Assembly: GCA_035544615.1 (NCBI GenBank)
Contig: DATKEA010000017.1
Span: 1,949-65,948, forward strand
Direction: 5' to 3'
DNA length: 64,000 bases
Source: Acidimicrobiia bacterium
GTDB taxonomy: Bacteria > Actinomycetota > Acidimicrobiia > Spongiisociales > ZC4RG35
The notes beneath the pieces were generated by a model. That model was not told the DNA's origin, ran no database searches, and worked only from the letters and a program-made list of their open reading frames with translations. Below, piece after piece: positions 59,416-64,000 of this stretch (positions are counted from its first letter, which is position 1; the number at the start of each line of letters is the position of its first letter). A program made the position numbers and the translations under genes.

Positions 59416-60312
59416 ATGCGTCAGCCAGGGCCGAGCCGCGACTCCGAAGCCTTCCTATCGGCTCTGGCTGACGAACTCTTTGCGTCCCCTGACCAATTGA
59501 CCGCTCAGCGCCACGTAAAGGCTGCGGCCCGTGCTGCTGAAACGGAGCGGCAGATGAGACACTTTCGGCTCACTCGTTGGGCGGCTGCCACGGTGGCGAT
59601 CACCACGCTGTTCGGCACTGGCGGCATTGCCGTCGCCGGCGGGCTCCCTCGCCCGATTCAGTCAGTGGTAGCCGACATGGCCCGCGCCCTGCCCCTTCCC
59701 ATCGATGTTCCGTACCCCGCGGCGGTTGATCGCCTCGTCGTCAACGGTGATGCGGCCGCCCGCGATCGAAATCCCGAGGACGCCGAAGTCGAAATCGACT
59801 CCTACCAGCCGGCGCCAGACGCGCCGGTCGCCCCCTCTGTCCCGCCTGTCGACGGCGAAGTTGTGCCGGCAAGCAGCGGAGACCGCGACCTCGATCAGCC
59901 TCCGGCCAGGGTGCGAGAAGGTGATCGCTGTGACTTGTCAGAGATCGAGAAGGATCGGGGCCGGCTCGACCGTGACGAGATCAAGGAGCTTCGTATCGAG
60001 CTACGCCTGCTGTGCGGGCTCGAGCTATTCGATCCCCCGCGATGGGCCCACGATGGACGGTCATCCGACCCGGGTCAGGACGACGCCGATGAGGTTCAGA
60101 CAAGTCACCAGGACCAGGACCGCGACCGCGATCGGGGGGATCGGGATCGGGATCGGGACCGGGCACGCGATCGGAGCGGAGATCCTGATTCGTCCGATTC
60201 GGAGCGCTCAGGCGAAACGAAGGAGAGGACAGACGACAAAGTGGAGGAGCGACCCGATGACGGGAGCACCGATCGGTCGTCGGCCGGTGGCTGGCGTGAC
60301 CGCCACGACTGA
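59416..60312 (+). CDS. Putative anti-sigma factor (single TM) with an Asp/Arg-rich low-complexity C-terminal tail
   Basis: Immediately downstream of the ECF sigma gene. TM segment WAAATVAITTLFGTGGIAVAG. The tail is DQDRDRDRGDRDRDRDRARDR. Confidence 0.4.
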   Translation: MRQPGPSRDSEAFLSALADELFASPDQLTAQRHVKAAARAAETERQMRHFRLTRWAAATVAITTLFGTGGIAVAGGLPRPIQSVVADMARALPLPIDVPYPAAVDRLVVNGDAAARDRNPEDAEVEIDSYQPAPDAPVAPSVPPVDGEVVPASSGDRDLDQPPARVREGDRCDLSEIEKDRGRLDRDEIKELRIELRLLCGLELFDPPRWAHDGRSSDPGQDDADEVQTSHQDQDRDRDRGDRDRDRDRARDRSGDPDSSDSERSGETKERTDDKVEERPDDGSTDRSSAGGWRDRHD

Positions 60313-60333
60313 TTTCTTCAACCAAAGGAGAAG

Positions 60334-61212
60334 ATGGAAATGACATTTCGAGAACGCAAGAGCACCCTGATCGCCTGCTTGACGCTGGCGACTGTGGTTG
60401 CTCTGCCCAGCATGGCGCTGGCCGAGGACGACAAGACGACGCCGACCGAAACCGGGACGACGGACTCGGCGGCAACCGGCGCGGATCATCAAGTCTCCGA
60501 GGTCCTGACCACTCTGCCCGTGCTCGGAACCGGGCTGAGCCTGACCATCACCAGGGACGAGACCGGTGCGATCGCCTCCGTTGGCCTCGATCCTGCCGAT
60601 GCAGCCACCGTCATCAAAGAGAAGGACCACAAGGTTGTCTTCCTTCTCAGCGACGAGGACACCGTGGTGGTGGTCAAGGCGCGTGGCGGGTCGGTTCGGA
60701 CCAAGGTCAAGGCGGATGCGACCGCCGACGTGACCGGTCCCGGTTCCTGGTCGGCCGACGTCTTCGGCAACGGGATCGTGACCATTCCCTACACCGTTAC
60801 CTTCGACGGGATCACACCCACCATCACAATCGGTGAGGTGATCGCGCCCGATGGGGTCATCGCCGAGGTGGATGAGGCGAAGACACGGACCTCCGACGAC
60901 GGCGACAAGTCCTTCTACAAAGTGAAGGTCAAGCTGACCTCGGATGACGAGCGGGCCAAGGTCACGTTCGTGGCCAAGGTCTCGGTCAACGACGAAGGCG
61001 AGAGCAAGGTTCGCCTGGCCGTGGACCTCAAGTCATATGACAGATTCAAGGACCGCGATGACGATCGACGTGACCAGCGGGACCGCCATGATGACGACGA
61101 CGATCGACGTCGCGACAAGAGCGACCGCGACGACGACAAGCGCGGTGACCACCGGGACCGCGACAAGGACCGCGACGATGACGACGACAACGACGACAAC
61201 GGTGAGACTTGA
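60334..61212 (+). CDS. Secreted hypothetical protein with a highly charged Asp/Arg-rich C-terminal tail
   Basis: Signal peptide (LIACLTLATVVALPSMALA), a beta-rich middle, then ~60 aa of D/R/K/H low complexity. Confidence 0.4.
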   Translation: MEMTFRERKSTLIACLTLATVVALPSMALAEDDKTTPTETGTTDSAATGADHQVSEVLTTLPVLGTGLSLTITRDETGAIASVGLDPADAATVIKEKDHKVVFLLSDEDTVVVVKARGGSVRTKVKADATADVTGPGSWSADVFGNGIVTIPYTVTFDGITPTITIGEVIAPDGVIAEVDEAKTRTSDDGDKSFYKVKVKLTSDDERAKVTFVAKVSVNDEGESKVRLAVDLKSYDRFKDRDDDRRDQRDRHDDDDDRRRDKSDRDDDKRGDHRDRDKDRDDDDDNDDNGET

Positions 61213-61922
61213 GGAAAGTGTTGATCAGGTCGGCACCTGATCAGGTACGCCTCCGGCGGGGAGAGGCCCGACTGGGCTACCTCCCCGCCGTCTTGCTGAT
61301 AGTGGCCGGTTGCACCGGCGAAGCGGACCCGGTGCCCGCTTCGGTAGCCGTCACCAGCTCGACGATGTCGACCACTTCCACCACCGTGGCGGCCACTACC
61401 ACCACGTCCGCAGTGACCACCACCGTCCCAGTCGATCCGGTGCTGACGGTGGGCGAGAGTCTGGCGGCGAGCAGCGCCAATTATCGGTTCACCTCCCTGA
61501 TCCTGGTCGGCGAGCAGACCCTGACCACAATCGAAGGAGTCGTCGACGGAAACTCCGTTGCGGCTGCTATCGGCACCGGCTCCGGGGAAGTGTCGTATAT
61601 CCGCACGCCGGACGGAGAGTGGGTGGCGGGCGCCGGCGGGGAGTGGGTCGCCCTCGAGGGAGAGCCCCCGGTCGCCCCGCCTCTAGGTGCTTTGGTGGAT
61701 GCCGGCGACCTCGCCCTCGTGTCCGGCAACGGGACCACGGGAGTGTTCACCGGGGTGCTCGGGCCCGCGGCCGGGGCCGCCCAGGGCCTGACTTTCACCT
61801 TGACCGTCGAGGCGGGCCTCGTCACCGAGATCCGCTACGAGGTCGACACCGGTGGTGAGCTCGCCCAGGTGATCACCACTCTGAGCGAAATCGGGTCCGC
61901 GGGATCTGTCACTGCCCCATAG
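61209..61922 (+). CDS. Hypothetical lipoprotein
   Basis: Lipobox LLIVAGC and a Thr/Ser-rich linker. Confidence 0.45.
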   Translation: MRKVLIRSAPDQVRLRRGEARLGYLPAVLLIVAGCTGEADPVPASVAVTSSTMSTTSTTVAATTTTSAVTTTVPVDPVLTVGESLAASSANYRFTSLILVGEQTLTTIEGVVDGNSVAAAIGTGSGEVSYIRTPDGEWVAGAGGEWVALEGEPPVAPPLGALVDAGDLALVSGNGTTGVFTGVLGPAAGAAQGLTFTLTVEAGLVTEIRYEVDTGGELAQVITTLSEIGSAGSVTAP

Positions 61923-61974
61923 GGCATCTGAAGCGGCTTCCGCGTAGGGTCGCAGCTCACCAACCGGCCCGAGC

Positions 61975-63126
61975 GTGATCGACCCCACCGCCATAACCCT
62001 TGCCGACCTAGAGCGCGATCCGAATCCGATTCTCGCCGAACTCCGATCGCAGAGCCCTGTCGCCCACATACCGAACATGGACATGTGGTTGGTCACCCGA
62101 TGGGAGTATGTCGTCTTCGTATGCGAGCATCCCGAGCTCTTTTCGGCAAACACCGATCCCTCCTGGCTGAGAGAGTGCCTCGGGGAGAACATGCTCACAC
62201 TCGACGGCGAGCGACATGACCACCTGGCCGACGGCATGCGGCCTCCCTTTGCGGGGAGCGAGGCCGGTCGGGCCCTCAGGAACAGCCTCCCGGGCATGCT
62301 CGACGCCCTGATCGACGACTTTGAGGATGAGGGCACCACCGATCTGATGACGTCGTACGCAGAGCCCCTGGCCAACCTGACCCTGCTCGAGGCCCTCGGA
62401 TTCACCACCGTGACCTGGCAGCAGCTCGCCGGGTGGTGTCACGGAGTGATCACCGGGATCTCCAACTTTGAGAACGACCCCGGCAGAGCCGCGATCGCAT
62501 CCACCGCTCACCGGGAGCTGGGAGAGGCTCTCGACCGGCAACTCGAGATCCTACGGGAGACGCCGGACAACCGGGGTCTCTCCCACTTCTTGAGGGCCGG
62601 TTTCAGTCGCGACGAGATCGTCAACAATGTTCGTCTCATGATCTCGGGTGGGATCAACGAGCCCCGTGACGGAGTCGGTCTGGTGATGTGCGTCCTGTTG
62701 AGCGACCCGGAGATCCTGGCCGCGGTTGAGGCCGATCGTTCGCTGTTGAGGAAGGTGGTCGAGGAGACCTTCCGATACCACACCCCGGTGGGGACGGCGA
62801 CCCGCCAGACGACGCAAGAGGTCCAACTGGGCGGGGTCACGATCCCCGAGGGGGCCATCGTGGCCGCGGTCCTGTCCGCAGCCAATCGCGACCCGGCGCG
62901 ATGGACCGACCCCGACCTGTTCAACCCTGATCGCGGGGAGGGCTCACATCTGGCGTTCTCAACCGGCGAGCACCGTTGCCTTGGGGAGGCGCTCGGGAGA
63001 CAGCAAGTGCGAATCGGCGTGGAGCGTCTTCTCCATCGACTGCCCGGTCTTCGTCTGGCCGACGAAGTGATCCTTCACGGGTTCGAGTTTCGGGGGCCTA
63101 CTTCTCTCGAGGTGGCCTGGGGCTGA
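61975..63126 (+). CDS. Cytochrome P450
   Basis: Heme-binding loop FSTGEHRCLGEALG, the ExxR motif (ETFRYH) and an I-helix region. Confidence 0.85.
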   Translation: MIDPTAITLADLERDPNPILAELRSQSPVAHIPNMDMWLVTRWEYVVFVCEHPELFSANTDPSWLRECLGENMLTLDGERHDHLADGMRPPFAGSEAGRALRNSLPGMLDALIDDFEDEGTTDLMTSYAEPLANLTLLEALGFTTVTWQQLAGWCHGVITGISNFENDPGRAAIASTAHRELGEALDRQLEILRETPDNRGLSHFLRAGFSRDEIVNNVRLMISGGINEPRDGVGLVMCVLLSDPEILAAVEADRSLLRKVVEETFRYHTPVGTATRQTTQEVQLGGVTIPEGAIVAAVLSAANRDPARWTDPDLFNPDRGEGSHLAFSTGEHRCLGEALGRQQVRIGVERLLHRLPGLRLADEVILHGFEFRGPTSLEVAWG

Positions 63127-63131
63127 CCGCT

Positions 63132-64000
63132 TCAGTAGTACTCGAGATACTCGCCGATCTCCCAGTCGGTGGTATGAGTGAGGTATCTCTCCCACTCCGC
63201 TCGCTTGATGGCAAGGAACCCCTCGACGTAGCTCGGGGAGAATGCCTCTACGAACTCTTTGTCCGCTTCGAGGGCGTCCAGCGCAGCCTCGAGGCTGGCG
63301 GGGGCCGTGACGTCGGTGTCGACCCCGGTGATGCAATCCTGGGTTTCGGCGGGCGGGCATTCGAGATCCATGCTCACTCCACGGAGCGCGGCGACGAGCG
63401 TGGCGGCGGCGGCGAGATGAACCGACGTCGCCCCGTCGGCCAGTCGGTGCTCCAACCTGGTGCCTTCGCCCCGGGTCGGCGGGATCCGCACGGCAACCCC
63501 GCGATGGTCGTAGCCCCAATTGGCGTAATAGCCATTGAGAGACCCGGGTTGCAGACGTTTGTAGGCGTTGACCGTCGGGGCCACCAGCGCCGTCATCGAG
63601 ACGTGGTCGTGGACCATGCCCGCTATGCACTGGCGGGCCAGCGAACCAATACCGCTCGGATCCGATGGGTCGGACAGGACGTTTTGGCCGTTGTCGTCCA
63701 TCAGCGAGAAGTTGATATGGATCCCGCTTCCCCCGCGCTCGGTGATCGGTTTACCCATGAAGGTGAGCAGGTAGCCGCGCTTCGCCGCGACCTCTTTGGC
63801 CATCACCTTGAACAAGAAGGCGTCGTCCGCGGCTTTGAGCGCCTCGTCGTAGCGAAGGGTCAGCTCGAACTGACCGTCGTCGTACTCCGAGTTGACCGAT
63901 TCCAACTCGATACCCATCTCCCGGGCCGTGTCCATGACTTCGTCGATGGTGCCGCTGGGGTCGACCGAGGTGCCGGTCCCGTAGACATAGGATCCGGGAG
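63132..64000 (-). CDS. Glutamine synthetase family protein (GlnA-like, catalytic C-terminal domain); the N-terminus lies beyond the window
   Basis: GS catalytic-domain motifs (GSGIHINFSL, NAYKRL, RIPPTRGEGTRLEHR). The frame stays open to the window edge. Confidence 0.8.
   Translation of the reverse strand, partial: PGSYVYGTGTSVDPSGTIDEVMDTAREMGIELESVNSEYDDGQFELTLRYDEALKAADDAFLFKVMAKEVAAKRGYLLTFMGKPITERGGSGIHINFSLMDDNGQNVLSDPSDPSGIGSLARQCIAGMVHDHVSMTALVAPTVNAYKRLQPGSLNGYYANWGYDHRGVAVRIPPTRGEGTRLEHRLADGATSVHLAAAATLVAALRGVSMDLECPPAETQDCITGVDTDVTAPASLEAALDALEADKEFVEAFSPSYVEGFLAIKRAEWERYLTHTTDWEIGEYLEYY

Overview
This 64 kb window is high-GC chromosomal DNA (about 65-70% GC by eye) whose gene order and content look like an Actinomycetota-type genome, possibly an Acidimicrobiia- or Thermoleophilia-like lineage. 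Protein families were assigned by eye from the translations; no search was run. Most of the window is a conserved housekeeping backbone: a sugar ABC transporter next to a Gfo/Idh/MocA oxidoreductase; tRNA-Gln-glmU-prs; a PQQ sugar dehydrogenase, WhiB and a GDPD phosphodiesterase; thrC-rho-rpmE-DUF1385-prfA ... prmC-tsaC-glyA followed by the full atpZ/I-BEFHAGDC ATP synthase operon; an RCK potassium channel and an ABC-F ATPase; paaABCDE plus a TetR (PaaR-like) regulator; korAB 2-oxoglutarate:ferredoxin oxidoreductase; an amidase; a Ni-superoxide dismutase (sodN) with its divergent maturation peptidase; metG; a DMT transporter. Accessory or unusual content is in four places. (1) A Ku plus ligase-only NHEJ pair sits next to a roughly 1.9 kb gene-poor islet, visibly lower in GC, that abuts tRNA-Arg(CCG). 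(2) A GT2 synthase / HEAT-repeat protein / stand-alone REC module is inserted antisense between prfA and prmC, which are normally adjacent. (3) The sodX-type S26 peptidase appears fused in frame to an AlkA/Mag-type DNA glycosylase. (4) Most notably, at 53.2-58.7 kb there is a complete bacterial microcompartment (BMC) locus of the sugar-phosphate-utilising (SPU-like) kind. Its three cargo enzymes (RpiB-like isomerase, deoxyribose-phosphate aldolase, acylating aldehyde dehydrogenase) each carry an N-terminal encapsulation-peptide-like amphipathic helix. The shell set is one BMC-H, two BMC-T (one CcmP/CsoS1D-like, one PduT-like) and three BMC-P. The locus is flanked by a divergent HTH protein on one side and an ECF sigma / anti-sigma pair on the other. 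No CRISPR array, IS element, integrase or rRNA was seen. Many long antisense ORFs in the six-frame track are high-GC artefacts and were ignored.
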